From Thermoplasmatales archaeon (GTDB lineage Archaea > Thermoplasmatota > Thermoplasmata > Thermoplasmatales > GCA-001856825), in assembly GCA_026127935.1 (NCBI GenBank), contig JAJSLL010000008.1:4550-68549 (forward strand): DNA of 64,000 nt. The letters run 5' to 3'. The notes under the pieces were generated by a model, which had not been told where the DNA came from, searched no databases, and saw only the letters and a list, made by a program, of their open reading frames with translations. Positions within the stretch are counted from its first letter, which is position 1, and every line of letters starts with the position of its first letter. The translations under genes and the position numbers were made by a program. Shown here piece after piece: positions 1 through 9,701 of this stretch.

Positions 1-1
1 C

Positions 2-211
2 TTGGGGGCATACGATAAAATGGGAAGAATGCCAGAGTACTTCGGAGTAGACAAGGAAGGCATGCTGATATCGGAGAATAAGATGATAATTAGTCCATGC
101 TATCCCCAAGCTTGGTCTACTGGAGCCATCATCAATTTTCTATTAGATCGTGCCGCATCTGGATGCAATCCTGAAATAAGTGAGGTGATTAGGAATGACT
201 TCAAAACTTGA
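2..211 (+). CDS. C-terminal fragment of a glycoside hydrolase (glycogen-debranching / amylo-alpha-1,6-glucosidase-like); 5' end lies outside the window
   Basis: ORF is open from the window edge. The tail '...CYPQAWSTGAIINFLL' resembles the conserved C-terminus of (alpha/alpha)6 GDE_C/GH15-type enzymes. The stop overlaps the next gene's start. Confidence 0.4.
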   Translation: MGAYDKMGRMPEYFGVDKEGMLISENKMIISPCYPQAWSTGAIINFLLDRAASGCNPEISEVIRNDFKT

Positions 212-1130
212 ATTGATCAATGTTACCAAGAGCTATGGAAAGACAGAAGTGATTAGAGACATGTCACTTGCCGTTGAAACGGGAGAATTTTTCGTTGTGC
301 TCGGACCATCTGGCACCGGTAAATCTACTCTCCTCAAGCTCATAGTAGGAATAGAACAACCAGACGATGGAAAGATTCTGATAGATGGAAAGGACGTGAC
401 TGGACTTCCCCCAAATAAGAGAAACATGGCGATGGTGTTCCAGAATTATGCTCTATATCCAAACTTGAACGTCTACCAGAATATCGCTTTTCCTCTGAAG
501 ATGCACAGAAGGAGAAACATTGACTCCAACGTACGAAGCGTAGCATCTAAGCTCAACATAGAGGACATACTTAAGAAGAAGGTCACGCAGATCAGTGGGG
601 GTCAGCAACAGAGAGTCGCTCTGGCCAGGGCAATGGTAAGAAATCCAACCCTTTTTCTCATGGATGAGCCGCTAAGCAATCTCGATGCAAGGGTCAGGTA
701 TAGTGCCAGGAGTGAACTCAAGAAGTTACAAGAAGATTTGAACGAGACGTTCCTCTTTGTGACTCATGATCAGAAGGAGGCGGAAGCCCTCGGAGACAGA
801 GTGGGGATACTTCACAAAGGAAGGTTTGAGCAGGTCGCCCCATACAAGGAATTGTACGAATATCCAGGCACACCCTGGATAGGTGATTTCGTGGGCGACT
901 TTCCCATGAACTTCATTGGAAATCTTGGGTTCCGACCAGAATGGACTTCGATAGGGGAAGGAGTTTATAGTGTCACGGTTGACACTTTCGAGACAATAGG
1001 AGACATCTTCTTCCTTCACGGGACCACGGAAGATGGGACAGGTCTCATACTAAAGAGTATCAAAAAGTACGAGCCGGGAGAAATTCTGAAATTTTCGGTG
1101 ACTCGTTCGAGAACCTTTCCTGAATTATAG
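195..1130 (+). CDS. ABC transporter ATP-binding protein (MalK/UgpC-like sugar importer ATPase)
   Basis: Walker A GPSGTGKST, ABC signature SGGQQQRV, Walker B LFLMDEP and H-loop THD are present, plus a C-terminal regulatory-type domain. Confidence 0.85.
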   Translation: MTSKLELINVTKSYGKTEVIRDMSLAVETGEFFVVLGPSGTGKSTLLKLIVGIEQPDDGKILIDGKDVTGLPPNKRNMAMVFQNYALYPNLNVYQNIAFPLKMHRRRNIDSNVRSVASKLNIEDILKKKVTQISGGQQQRVALARAMVRNPTLFLMDEPLSNLDARVRYSARSELKKLQEDLNETFLFVTHDQKEAEALGDRVGILHKGRFEQVAPYKELYEYPGTPWIGDFVGDFPMNFIGNLGFRPEWTSIGEGVYSVTVDTFETIGDIFFLHGTTEDGTGLILKSIKKYEPGEILKFSVTRSRTFPEL

Positions 1131-1385
1131 CGGTTTGGATATGTGTGACTTCTTTATTCAAACCTGATAACTATTGACTCTAAATCTAGATGCATTCTCC
1201 GTGCTTGATGCTCACCAAATCTTATACCAAACGCGTGTCAAAGGATATGTTTAGGCTAAATCATCTTTACAGCCATAATCCACGATGGAATAGAGTGCAA
1301 TTAAAACGATATCATTCCAAACCCTATGATTCAAGATATTGAGAAACGGAGTAACGAAAGGGCGTTCTCAAGTGAATGCAATCTA

Positions 1386-1562
1386 TCATTGACTCGAACC
1401 TTCCTTGAGCTGTTTCAAGAATCTTTGGTAATTCTTGTCATCAAACTCAAAAATTACACTTCCAACATAACCACAGTCGGCACACCGATATTTTCCAGTG
1501 ATGTAACCTACTTCCATATCTATGTTCTCTGAACCGCACTGAGGACATACTCGATGATTCAT
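1386..1562 (-). CDS. Small zinc-ribbon protein (58 aa), absent from the ORF track because it is under 60 aa
   Basis: My translation: MNHRVCPQCGSENIDMEVGYITGKYRCADCGYVGSVIFEFDDKNYQRFLKQLKEGSSQ*. ATG start, TGA stop, CPQC..CADC knuckles, and its own TATA-like box about 24-34 nt upstream. Confidence 0.55.
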   Translation of the reverse strand: MNHRVCPQCGSENIDMEVGYITGKYRCADCGYVGSVIFEFDDKNYQRFLKQLKEGSSQ

Positions 1563-1585
1563 GACTTCATGATGAAATGCAGAAC

Positions 1586-1596
1586 AATATATATTT
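1586..1596 (-). promoter_or_regulatory. TATA-box-like element (aaatatatatt on the minus strand) for the zinc-ribbon ORF
   Basis: AT-rich TATA-like motif ending about 24 nt upstream of the ATG at 1562. The spacing fits a leaderless or short-leader archaeal promoter. Confidence 0.4.
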
Positions 1597-1630
1597 CTGA
1601 ATCGTCTTCCAGAAAAATTTTCTTAGTGAT

Positions 1631-3277
1631 TCACACAAAATCGTTCCCTGACTCCAGTATGAACTGCTTTACTTTCCCTATTCCAAGATTCATCGCCTTC
1701 AGTATGTCATATTGGTCATTCACCATAAGTCTAAAATCAAACACTTCTCCTTCAATGAATTCAATGCCTTTGCTCTCGGCAAGTAAGATATAACCCATTT
1801 TTCTACCGCGATCCAGGCTATTCAAGCTTTCTTTTCCAACCCTTATCTTCTTTTTCTCTGCCGTTTTAATGAACCAGTCTTGGTTTGCATAAACGTTGCT
1901 TTCAAACGATTCCCCGCTCTCGGGTGGTTCTTTGTATGATACCGGAGGTAGGCAATCAATTGATTTCCCTCGAAAAGTTTCATCAGTCACGACGTTTACC
2001 TTGTAGAATTTTAGCGCATTTTCGTAGTATTTCAGCAGAGGAGCAAATGCTTTCTTCTTGAATGGGTCGGAAATTTCGTTGAGCTGTCCCCCTATCTTTT
2101 CTTCTCTCTCATAAATGGTGACGTTCAGACCTCTCTTTGCAGCATAAATGGCTCCCGCTAATCCCTGGATTCCCGCACCCTTTATCACCATATCTCCGCT
2201 CAGTTTCATTTCTGTTCTTCCCTCGTATCCAACATTCGGATTCACGCTGCACCTGACTTCTCCAAATGACAAATCCCTGCAACCCTGGTTGCATCTTATG
2301 CAAGGGCGCAATAAAGTGGGATTGCTTTGTATCTTGAATGAAAAGAAGGGATCCGCAAGCTGTCCCCTTCCTACAGCTACAAAATCGCAAATGGACAGAA
2401 CACGTTCGACTCCTTCCAGATCGACGACAGAACCCACCAGCATAGTCGTGATTTTTGGTTTTCTCTTCAAACGTGGAAATATGTGAGTCTCCGGAGAATA
2501 GAAAGAAGCAGAAGAACCGGGTGGATAAAAGTTGCCAGCGCTGAAATGAACATAGTCAAGGCCCTTCAGCGAATCGATTATCCTGAGTCCGTATTCTTCA
2601 TTCCAACCATTTGGGTCGTCTTCATACAGACTGAGTCTTATCCCCACTGGTAAATCAGTGACAGAACGCACAGCATCGATTACAGCTTGGGGGACTCTCA
2701 GTCTCTTTTCGAAAGTTCCTCCGTACCTGTCCTCCCTAACATTCAAAACTGGAGATAGAAACTGATGCATAAGATATCCATGTGCACCATGAATTTCAAT
2801 ACCATCAAACCTCGAATTTTTTGCTACCAGTGCGGCTTTCTCATATGCTCTTATCACTCCTTCAATGTCATCTCCTGACATCTCGTCTGGTTTTCTACCC
2901 ATATAATCCACTGACGATGGAGCCATAGGCTGCCTTTGATTCTCGTCCAGCAGCGCTTTTCCCCCAGCATGAACCAGTTGCATGAAAACCCTTGCACCAT
3001 AGGGGTGAATTGCCTCCGGTATTCTGCGGAGCTTGGGTATCAATAGCGGACTGAAAGCGCCGAGCTCGTTTCTAGAACCCCTAGAATTCACACTGTCAAC
3101 GTATGTGTACTCCGTTATTATCAGCCCCGTCCCTCCCTTGGCCCTTTCCTCCAGATACCTGACAAGATTCTCATTGCTGGAGCCATCGGAATTGGCAAGG
3201 TTGGATATCATTGGTGCCATTACGATTCTGTTTTTGATCTCGAGATCTCCAATAAATCCAGGTTCGAATGCCTTCAT
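1631..3277 (-). CDS. NADH:flavin oxidoreductase (Old Yellow Enzyme / 2,4-dienoyl-CoA reductase-like) with a C-terminal FAD/NAD(P)-binding segment
   Basis: N-terminal OYE TIM-barrel signature (IVMAPM.., QLVHAGG, EIHGAHGYL), a Cys cluster CIRCNQGC..C, and a dinucleotide fold IKGAGIQGLAGA..YE. Confidence 0.8.
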   Translation of the reverse strand: MKAFEPGFIGDLEIKNRIVMAPMISNLANSDGSSNENLVRYLEERAKGGTGLIITEYTYVDSVNSRGSRNELGAFSPLLIPKLRRIPEAIHPYGARVFMQLVHAGGKALLDENQRQPMAPSSVDYMGRKPDEMSGDDIEGVIRAYEKAALVAKNSRFDGIEIHGAHGYLMHQFLSPVLNVREDRYGGTFEKRLRVPQAVIDAVRSVTDLPVGIRLSLYEDDPNGWNEEYGLRIIDSLKGLDYVHFSAGNFYPPGSSASFYSPETHIFPRLKRKPKITTMLVGSVVDLEGVERVLSICDFVAVGRGQLADPFFSFKIQSNPTLLRPCIRCNQGCRDLSFGEVRCSVNPNVGYEGRTEMKLSGDMVIKGAGIQGLAGAIYAAKRGLNVTIYEREEKIGGQLNEISDPFKKKAFAPLLKYYENALKFYKVNVVTDETFRGKSIDCLPPVSYKEPPESGESFESNVYANQDWFIKTAEKKKIRVGKESLNSLDRGRKMGYILLAESKGIEFIEGEVFDFRLMVNDQYDILKAMNLGIGKVKQFILESGNDFV

Positions 3278-3536
3278 CGGGTCGTCAGTCCAGTGAACTA
3301 TTAAAAATATTACGAGACGATCACCACAAAGCCAGTTGGCTACTCTCGTTATGATTGTTTGTATTTAGTCGGTCTGCCGTTTGAAGCGGTTCCTGACCTC
3401 ATCTCTTGCATAGTTGCTTCCCGAAATTTAACCGTTCAGCACAAAGTGAAAGGTGGAAACGAACTGTTCCACGTCATAATATCTTAAAAATCAAAATTGA
3501 CTTCTATAATGAGGCCAATTCCGAAAATATCTGAAA

Positions 3537-3788
3537 TTACCTACCGTTGGCAGAACTTGTGTTCTCCAATTCCGAGTTATAGTTGGGTGCTGTGACAATC
3601 CTGTCCTGAGATGCATCTTCGAGATTGAGCTTCTTTATCTCCTTCAGGAATACGGAAAACACTGCAAGTACGAAGAGGATCTCTCGAGCCCAATCGTCAG
3701 AAGCAACAGAGGGAATAGGAACGTTGTTATTGCAGCCCCCGTCTTTCCTGCTGCTGAAGAAATGCCTGGCATACGGCCAACTTTGCAT
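3537..3788 (-). CDS. Hypothetical small protein downstream of pstB (one hydrophobic helix)
   Basis: 83-aa ORF on the same strand, 68 nt after pstB. No recognisable motif. It sits where phoU is often found but does not look like PhoU. Confidence 0.25.
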   Translation of the reverse strand: MQSWPYARHFFSSRKDGGCNNNVPIPSVASDDWAREILFVLAVFSVFLKEIKKLNLEDASQDRIVTAPNYNSELENTSSANGR

Positions 3789-3856
3789 AAGCGTACTAGC
3801 TAACGGGATGTTTCCTGACCAAACAATTTCAAATAAAAAAATAAAGAAACATGATT

Positions 3857-4615
3857 CTAATCCGCCTCTGCCAGGAAATCTCTAACCTCCTCGATCTCTG
3901 ACTCGAAGAATTCACTACCCGTGCCTTTCGCGACGAACTTACCCTCGTAGATCAGGTTTGTATAATCCGACACCTTCCTGGTCAGATTCATATCGTGAGT
4001 TACCAGAATGACTGTGTATTTCTGCTTCAATGCTCTGATGAGATCCACTATCTTCCCCTTTGCTATTGGATCAAGTGCGCTTGTTGGTTCATCGAACATC
4101 AGTACTTTGGGTCTCAGGACTAGTGCCCTTGCTATGCAGAGTCTCTGCTGTTGCCCCCCAGATAGAGAAGTTCCTCCCTGTTTCAGGTTCCCGCCCAGCT
4201 CTTCAATGAGATCAGCGTCCTCAAGGGCCTGGTTTATCATCTTGTCCATTTCATCCTTCTTCAACTTTTTTCCCTGAATTCTCAAACCGAAAGCAACATT
4301 ATCATATACAGACATTGGGAAAGGATTGGGTTTCTGAAAGACAAGTCCAACCTCCCTCCTCAGCTCAACGGGATCAATGTCCACGATGTTTCTCTTCTCA
4401 AATATAACATCACCAGAAACATCCATACTCGGATCCATATCCAGTAGTCTGTTCAGCGACCTAAGTAGGGTACTCTTCCCGCTTCCTGATGGTCCCACTA
4501 TGGTGTTCACACTGTTCTTGAAAATGTTGAGATCTACTCCATCTAGTATCACCTTGTTCTTTGTCTCAACTTTCAGTTCCTTAATCTCAATTATTTTTTC
4601 GACCTTTTCTTCCAT
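3857..4615 (-). CDS. pstB: Phosphate ABC transporter ATP-binding protein PstB
   Basis: GPSGSGKST, LSGGQQQRLCIARAL, LMFDEPTSALDP. I moved the start to the ATG (MEEKVEK..) at 4615, 3 nt after the pstA stop. The longer track ORF overlaps pstA. Confidence 0.9.
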   Translation of the reverse strand: MEEKVEKIIEIKELKVETKNKVILDGVDLNIFKNSVNTIVGPSGSGKSTLLRSLNRLLDMDPSMDVSGDVIFEKRNIVDIDPVELRREVGLVFQKPNPFPMSVYDNVAFGLRIQGKKLKKDEMDKMINQALEDADLIEELGGNLKQGGTSLSGGQQQRLCIARALVLRPKVLMFDEPTSALDPIAKGKIVDLIRALKQKYTVILVTHDMNLTRKVSDYTNLIYEGKFVAKGTGSEFFESEIEEVRDFLAEAD

Positions 4616-4617
4616 AT

Positions 4618-5487
4618 CTATTGCCTCCTTCCAATATACTTTGAAATCGCAATCATGCCAGTCACACTGAGTATCAGAATCATTGCAGAAACAAAGGCAA
4701 GATAATGCGAGTAGGTTGTCGGGTAATTGATGCCGTTCCAGACTACGTAGGTGAGATACCCCACTCCCGAATGCAGGAAACCTGTGGCATAGTTGTTGTT
4801 CCACCCTGCGGAGTAGAGAAGTTGTGCTGTCTCTCCTGCCGCGATACTCACTGCCAGGAGTATCCCAGAGAGCATCCCTACCTTTGCCTGGGGCAGATAT
4901 ATTCTGGAAGCGACGCTGATGTCATCAGCGCCTAAGGCGTAAGCGTTTTCGATCTGCTCTTTTGGGATGTTCCTAAAGGAAATTTCTATTATCCTCATCA
5001 GATACGGTAGCATCATGACAGCGAGTGCTAGACCCCCCGCTATCAGTGAATATCCCATATCCAATCTCTGTACCAGAACGATGAATGCAAACAGTCCTAT
5101 TACTATGGATGGAACGCTCGTGAGCACATCCGTGAAGAGACGTGCTACCAGTGAGAGTGTTCCGTTGGACCTTCCGTTCACAACGTAGAGAGCTCCCAAG
5201 ACACTGGGGGGGAGTGAAAAAAGGAGTCCCATACCGACGAGCTCCCAGGTACCGACAATTGCGTTCAGAATTCCGCCCGTTGCTGTATTACCTGGAGTAA
5301 TCAACATAGTCAGCGTTATGTGAGATGCACCGGAATCAAGTATGTAGATGAAGATGGATAGAAGGATTACCACCATCATTCCAAGGACCACGTAACTTAG
5401 CCCGTTTGCTATGGTATCCTTCAACTTTCTTGACCCCACGTTTTTCCATTGTATTTCCTGCCTGTTACCAGTATAGGAACTAGTCAC
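4618..5487 (-). CDS. pstA: Phosphate ABC transporter permease PstA
   Basis: Multi-TM permease with an EAA-like loop (..ENAYALGADD..), in position 3 of the pstSCAB order. Confidence 0.85.
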   Translation of the reverse strand: MTSSYTGNRQEIQWKNVGSRKLKDTIANGLSYVVLGMMVVILLSIFIYILDSGASHITLTMLITPGNTATGGILNAIVGTWELVGMGLLFSLPPSVLGALYVVNGRSNGTLSLVARLFTDVLTSVPSIVIGLFAFIVLVQRLDMGYSLIAGGLALAVMMLPYLMRIIEISFRNIPKEQIENAYALGADDISVASRIYLPQAKVGMLSGILLAVSIAAGETAQLLYSAGWNNNYATGFLHSGVGYLTYVVWNGINYPTTYSHYLAFVSAMILILSVTGMIAISKYIGRRQ

Positions 5488-6457
5488 CCTCGTACCCCCT
5501 TAGTGATCCTCTTCCTGCTATCTTTCTACCTATCAAACTCACTGTGAGTGAGATCGCCATAAGCACGACTCCAAGTGCTGCAAGAGCGGCTAAATTCATC
5601 CTCGTCGAATCGGTAAGTGCGCTGTCAAGTAGTGAAGCTATTGCTGCTGCCATAGTGTTGGTTGCAGAATAGAAACTCGCGGGAAGGATGTTCGTCACTG
5701 CTCCACTGACCATCAGTACAGCCATAGTTTCTCCAAGCGCCCTCCCCAAACCAAGAAGGGTACCTCCCACTGTTGAGGCTCTGGAGTAGCTTGTCGTTAG
5801 ATACTTTCCGACCTCCCATTTAGTCGCTCCCAGGGAAAAAAGGCCCTCCTTCACCTCCTTTGGTACGGAATCAAAAGAGTTGACAATGACTGAAGTTACA
5901 ATGGGTATGATCATGAAACTCAGAATTATCCCTGAGGCTATCAATCCAGCTCCGCTGTATATTTCCCCCTTCAGACCTGGGACGAAGGAAAGGTGCTGAG
6001 CCATCCACGGCTCTACGCTTCTGAACAGGATCGGTTCGAGTACGATTATTCCCCACAGCCCGTAGACAACGCTTGGAATCCCTGCGAACAGTTCGATCAT
6101 AGATACCGTGAATTTCTTGATTCCGGCTGGAAGATAGAGCTCGACGTTCAAGGTTATCAGGAAGCTGATTGGAAATGCGATGAGAATTGCAAGGGCAGAT
6201 GTGCTGAGTGTGCCCAGCAGGAATAGATCGAGTCCAAATTGAGCACCTGGAGGAGCCAAGATTCCGTGAACAATGATCGGTTGCTGGTACTGAAATCCTG
6301 GGTTCCAAAGGTAGGTCGTAAAGAAAGAAAGACCGCTGAACTTCCATAATGGTAATGATTCTTGGAAAACAAAGACAAAAATAGAAATCAGGGCCACCGC
6401 TGGCACGATGGCCATCAAGAAAGTTAAAAAATTAAAGATTCTGTTTGTGGCTTTCAT
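5480..6457 (-). CDS. pstC: Phosphate ABC transporter permease PstC
   Basis: Multi-TM permease with an EAA-type loop (KEGLFSLGATKWE), directly downstream of pstS. Confidence 0.85.
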   Translation of the reverse strand: MKATNRIFNFLTFLMAIVPAVALISIFVFVFQESLPLWKFSGLSFFTTYLWNPGFQYQQPIIVHGILAPPGAQFGLDLFLLGTLSTSALAILIAFPISFLITLNVELYLPAGIKKFTVSMIELFAGIPSVVYGLWGIIVLEPILFRSVEPWMAQHLSFVPGLKGEIYSGAGLIASGIILSFMIIPIVTSVIVNSFDSVPKEVKEGLFSLGATKWEVGKYLTTSYSRASTVGGTLLGLGRALGETMAVLMVSGAVTNILPASFYSATNTMAAAIASLLDSALTDSTRMNLAALAALGVVLMAISLTVSLIGRKIAGRGSLRGYEGD

Positions 6458-6463
6458 CTCTTC

Positions 6464-8530
6464 CTAACCAGTAATCTTGTTGACAAGCGGATAAACGATC
6501 TGTGTCACTACAGATGAAGGCAGGGCAACAAGGTTAAACCCGCTGAGGTAGTTTGCTGCAGCTCCTCCGTTCCCACTCACTGCGAATTTTATGAAGGCTT
6601 GCAAAGCGGATGCAATTGCCGGACTTGTCTGATTGGTCTTCACGATTATGTACTCCATGTCAGCAATTGGATAGGAATCGTTTCCGGGAGCATATTGCAG
6701 TCTTACCGTCCCATTGGCAGGTATCTCCGAGAGATAGTGCGATGCTGCATTAGAGACATTCTGAACCGTAGGACCTACAAACTGTCCATTCTGATCTTCG
6801 AGATTTGCGACTCCGAATCCTGCGGAATGAACCTGTGGTTCATAAGTTGCGGCAATATATCCTATCGAGTATGGAGTTGATGTCATTGTGCTTATGATGC
6901 CAGCATTCTGAGCTCCAGTCTGTGCTGCTGCTACGGATGGCCAGTTCACTGCCGTTCCATAAGAAACGCTCTTTGCCCATGTACTGTTGGATAGGCTAAG
7001 GAACGATGTGAACATGAATGTATCCCCACTACCATCTGACCTGTGCACAGGTATGATCGTATGATTGGGTAGTGTCACACCGGGATTGAGTGCTGCAATG
7101 GCAGGGCTGTCCCAATTCGTTATCGTACCCATGAAGATGCCGGCTATCACGTCACCATTAAGCTTGAGTGTGGTGGTCACTCCGGGTATGTTGTATGCTA
7201 TGTACTGGTAGGAAATCGCAATTGGAATGTTCTCGACGTAGGGATACTTGCTTGCAATACTGTAAGGCATGTATGCATCGGATGCACCTATAACCACTGT
7301 CCCTGCAATGGCACTGGAAATTCCAGTCCCGCTCCCTGTAGAAAGGGTTGTTATCGTCGAATTGGTGTAGTTCTTTGCCCACGAATTGAAGACCGGGTAG
7401 AGCAAGCTCGACCCAGACTCTGATAACGTAACAAGTGTAGTTCCAGATACAGCAGTTGATATTTGGTTTATCAAAGGATTGATGATCTTCTGAACGACAT
7501 TAGATGGAAGGGCTACAAGATTGAAGACTGACAGGTATTTATCGGCCGATCCTCCGTCCGGACTCACTGCCCATGTTATGAACGACTTCAGTGCACTTGC
7601 AATAGATGCACTCGTCTGGTTCTGCTTTACTATTATGTACTCCATATCTGCTATCGGATATGAGTTGCTCCCTGGAGCGTACTGTAGTGCTACCGTCCCA
7701 TTTGCGGGAATCTCGGTAAGATATTGCGAAGCAGCAGTTGAAACGTTAGCAACCGTAGGTGCAACGAATTGACCAACCTGATTTTCCAGGAGTGCCACAC
7801 CGAATTTAGCTGACTGTACTTGGGCCTGGTATGTTGCGGCAATATATCCTATAGAGTATGGAGTTGATGTCATTGTGCTTATGATGCCAGCATTCTGAGC
7901 TCCAGTCTGTGCTGCTGCTACGGATGGCCAGTTCACGGTAGTTGCTGCTCCGACCTGCTTGGCCCAAGTAGCATTTGATTTACTCAGGAAGGATGTGAAC
8001 ATGAAGGTGTCTCCGCTTCCGTCAGATCTGTGCACAGGTATGATCGTATGGTTTGGAAGAGCCACGCCAGGGTTAAGGGCTGCAATGGCAGGGCTGTCCC
8101 AATTCGTTATCGTACCCATGAAGATTCCTGCAATTATGCTTCCGTTCAGTTTCAAGGTCGCACTCACTCCGGGGATGTTATATGCTATGTATTGGTATGA
8201 GATCATTATGGGAATGTTCATCACGAACGGATACTTCTGAGCATCACTGTAAGGCATGTATGCATCAGATGCACCTATAACCACTGTCCCTGTAATGGCA
8301 CTGGAAATTCCAGTCCCGCTACCAGTTGAAAGCGTTGTAATCGTAGCATTGGTATAGTTACTTGCCCAGGAGTTGAAAACTGGATACAAAAGAGATGATC
8401 CAGACTCTGAGAGGGTAACCTTTGCTGGCTTTGGGTTGTTATTCCCCGAAAGGACTACCGCTGCTAACGCTCCAACGACAACTATCACGATAACTGCTAC
8501 TGCAATTATTGCTATCGTTGACCTATTCAT
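6464..8530 (-). CDS. pstS: Phosphate-binding protein PstS, membrane-anchored, with two complete PstS domains fused in tandem
   Basis: N-terminal TM anchor, then two copies of ..TLSESGSSLLYPVFNSWA..STGSGTGISS..HRSDGSGDTFMFTSFL.. . Phosphate-binding motifs are kept in both halves. Many N-x-S/T sequons. Confidence 0.85.
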   Translation of the reverse strand: MNRSTIAIIAVAVIVIVVVGALAAVVLSGNNNPKPAKVTLSESGSSLLYPVFNSWASNYTNATITTLSTGSGTGISSAITGTVVIGASDAYMPYSDAQKYPFVMNIPIMISYQYIAYNIPGVSATLKLNGSIIAGIFMGTITNWDSPAIAALNPGVALPNHTIIPVHRSDGSGDTFMFTSFLSKSNATWAKQVGAATTVNWPSVAAAQTGAQNAGIISTMTSTPYSIGYIAATYQAQVQSAKFGVALLENQVGQFVAPTVANVSTAASQYLTEIPANGTVALQYAPGSNSYPIADMEYIIVKQNQTSASIASALKSFITWAVSPDGGSADKYLSVFNLVALPSNVVQKIINPLINQISTAVSGTTLVTLSESGSSLLYPVFNSWAKNYTNSTITTLSTGSGTGISSAIAGTVVIGASDAYMPYSIASKYPYVENIPIAISYQYIAYNIPGVTTTLKLNGDVIAGIFMGTITNWDSPAIAALNPGVTLPNHTIIPVHRSDGSGDTFMFTSFLSLSNSTWAKSVSYGTAVNWPSVAAAQTGAQNAGIISTMTSTPYSIGYIAATYEPQVHSAGFGVANLEDQNGQFVGPTVQNVSNAASHYLSEIPANGTVRLQYAPGNDSYPIADMEYIIVKTNQTSPAIASALQAFIKFAVSGNGGAAANYLSGFNLVALPSSVVTQIVYPLVNKITG
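6467..8425 (-). repeat. Intragenic tandem duplication, two units of about 987 bp (about 6467-7438 and 7439-8425)
   Basis: Tract 6847-6949 matches 7834-7936 with one mismatch by eye. Further long near-identical tracts occur (for example about 7040-7140 versus about 8027-8127). Confidence 0.85.
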
Positions 8531-8853
8531 ATACTCTCAAATCTGAGAATTTTCTCCCATACTTATCTTAATTCAAATGTGTATCATAGGTGTTCATAAG
8601 CGTAAGTAGCAGCACTTACAATACATAGTAGACATTATTCTCTATACTGCCACTTATATAGTGTCCGTAAAAAATAATTTCGGAAACATGCCGTGTAAAA
8701 CGGATAGAATTAGAGATTTATCTACGATTTTGGGGGATGGTGGGACTTCAGACGAGCCTAACCATATTTATACGATAACCTGGTGAGCCTAGGATAATCC
8801 ACGCACGGCAGGTCATTCATTAAATACAGCAACATTCTCGGAAAAGAGTAAAT

Positions 8854-9084
8854 ATGTTATTTGTTGGATTGCTGATGGATATTAGAAAACGAAGAATGGT
8901 TCAGTTGACAACTATATTCGTTGCTCTAGAGACAGCATTTATGTACTATGTCATAGGGCTATTCTATCTCAGTAGAATACCGGGTACCCCATTCCAATAC
9001 TTTCGAGGTCTTGGTTACGTCAGCAAACCTTCTTCCCTGTTTACTGGGATGTCAACTATCAGAACTTTCCCGGTAACCATATAA
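8854..9084 (+). CDS. Hypothetical membrane protein, possibly the 5' part of a frameshifted gene continuing to 9256
   Basis: 76-aa ORF with one TM-like segment. A second open frame (about 8974-9256) overlaps it and ends in another TM-like segment (FILGFWYGLLIAATITAVVYIF). Confidence 0.25.
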   Translation: MLFVGLLMDIRKRRMVQLTTIFVALETAFMYYVIGLFYLSRIPGTPFQYFRGLGYVSKPSSLFTGMSTIRTFPVTI

Positions 9085-9701
9085 TTTCACACCAACAAGT
9101 GGGTGCGGCACTTGTCCAGTTTCAAAATGGGGAACATTTCATTCTGGGATTCTGGTATGGCCTATTAATTGCAGCTACAATAACTGCTGTTGTATATATC
9201 TTTGAACTCAAGAATTTTGATAAGACGAAACCAAAAGCACTCACTCAGGCTGTCTGAGTAAATTCTCTCGTAAAATTCTAAAAGGACAGGATGACCAACA
9301 AGTGTCCAAGAAAATAAAAGCAAAAAATTAGACAAGGTTCAGTTTTGAGAGTGGGTCGCTTGTTGCTTTAATTACGCAGAGTTTGTAACTATTAAAACTC
9401 CCTAGAAATTTGAGTCATTACACTGCAAAATCTGCTCACCGTCATATTGGGTAGTGATGAAGTTGTCGATGATATTCTGATCTGATCCGGACGTTTGATT
9501 CATTCTGACCTAGAGAGCCTTAAGAAGTAACTATGCTTTCTCACAGAATAGGAATTTGGAAGATAGTGAACGATTCAATAAAAATAGAGATCAGTTGAGG
9601 ACCTCAGATCGCAAATCCGGAAACGTATAAAAATTAGCCAATTTCCATAATTTTAAAGCCGTTAGTCGAGAAGAAAATTCTGCCATGATTCTTCGGGGTA
9701 A

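Noticed and set aside
8602-8619. Palindrome GTAAGT-agcagc-ACTTAC upstream of pstS, considered as a possible Pho-type operator.
   Set aside because: Six-bp arms with a flexible spacer are expected by chance in a 300-bp AT-rich spacer. No second copy was seen.
9453-9486. C/D-box-like motifs (GTGATGA ... GATGATA ... CTGA, CTGA) in the spacer downstream of tRNA-Arg.
   Set aside because: The elements are packed into about 35 nt, too short for the C-guide-D'-C'-guide-D architecture (about 50-60 nt), and no terminal stem is present.
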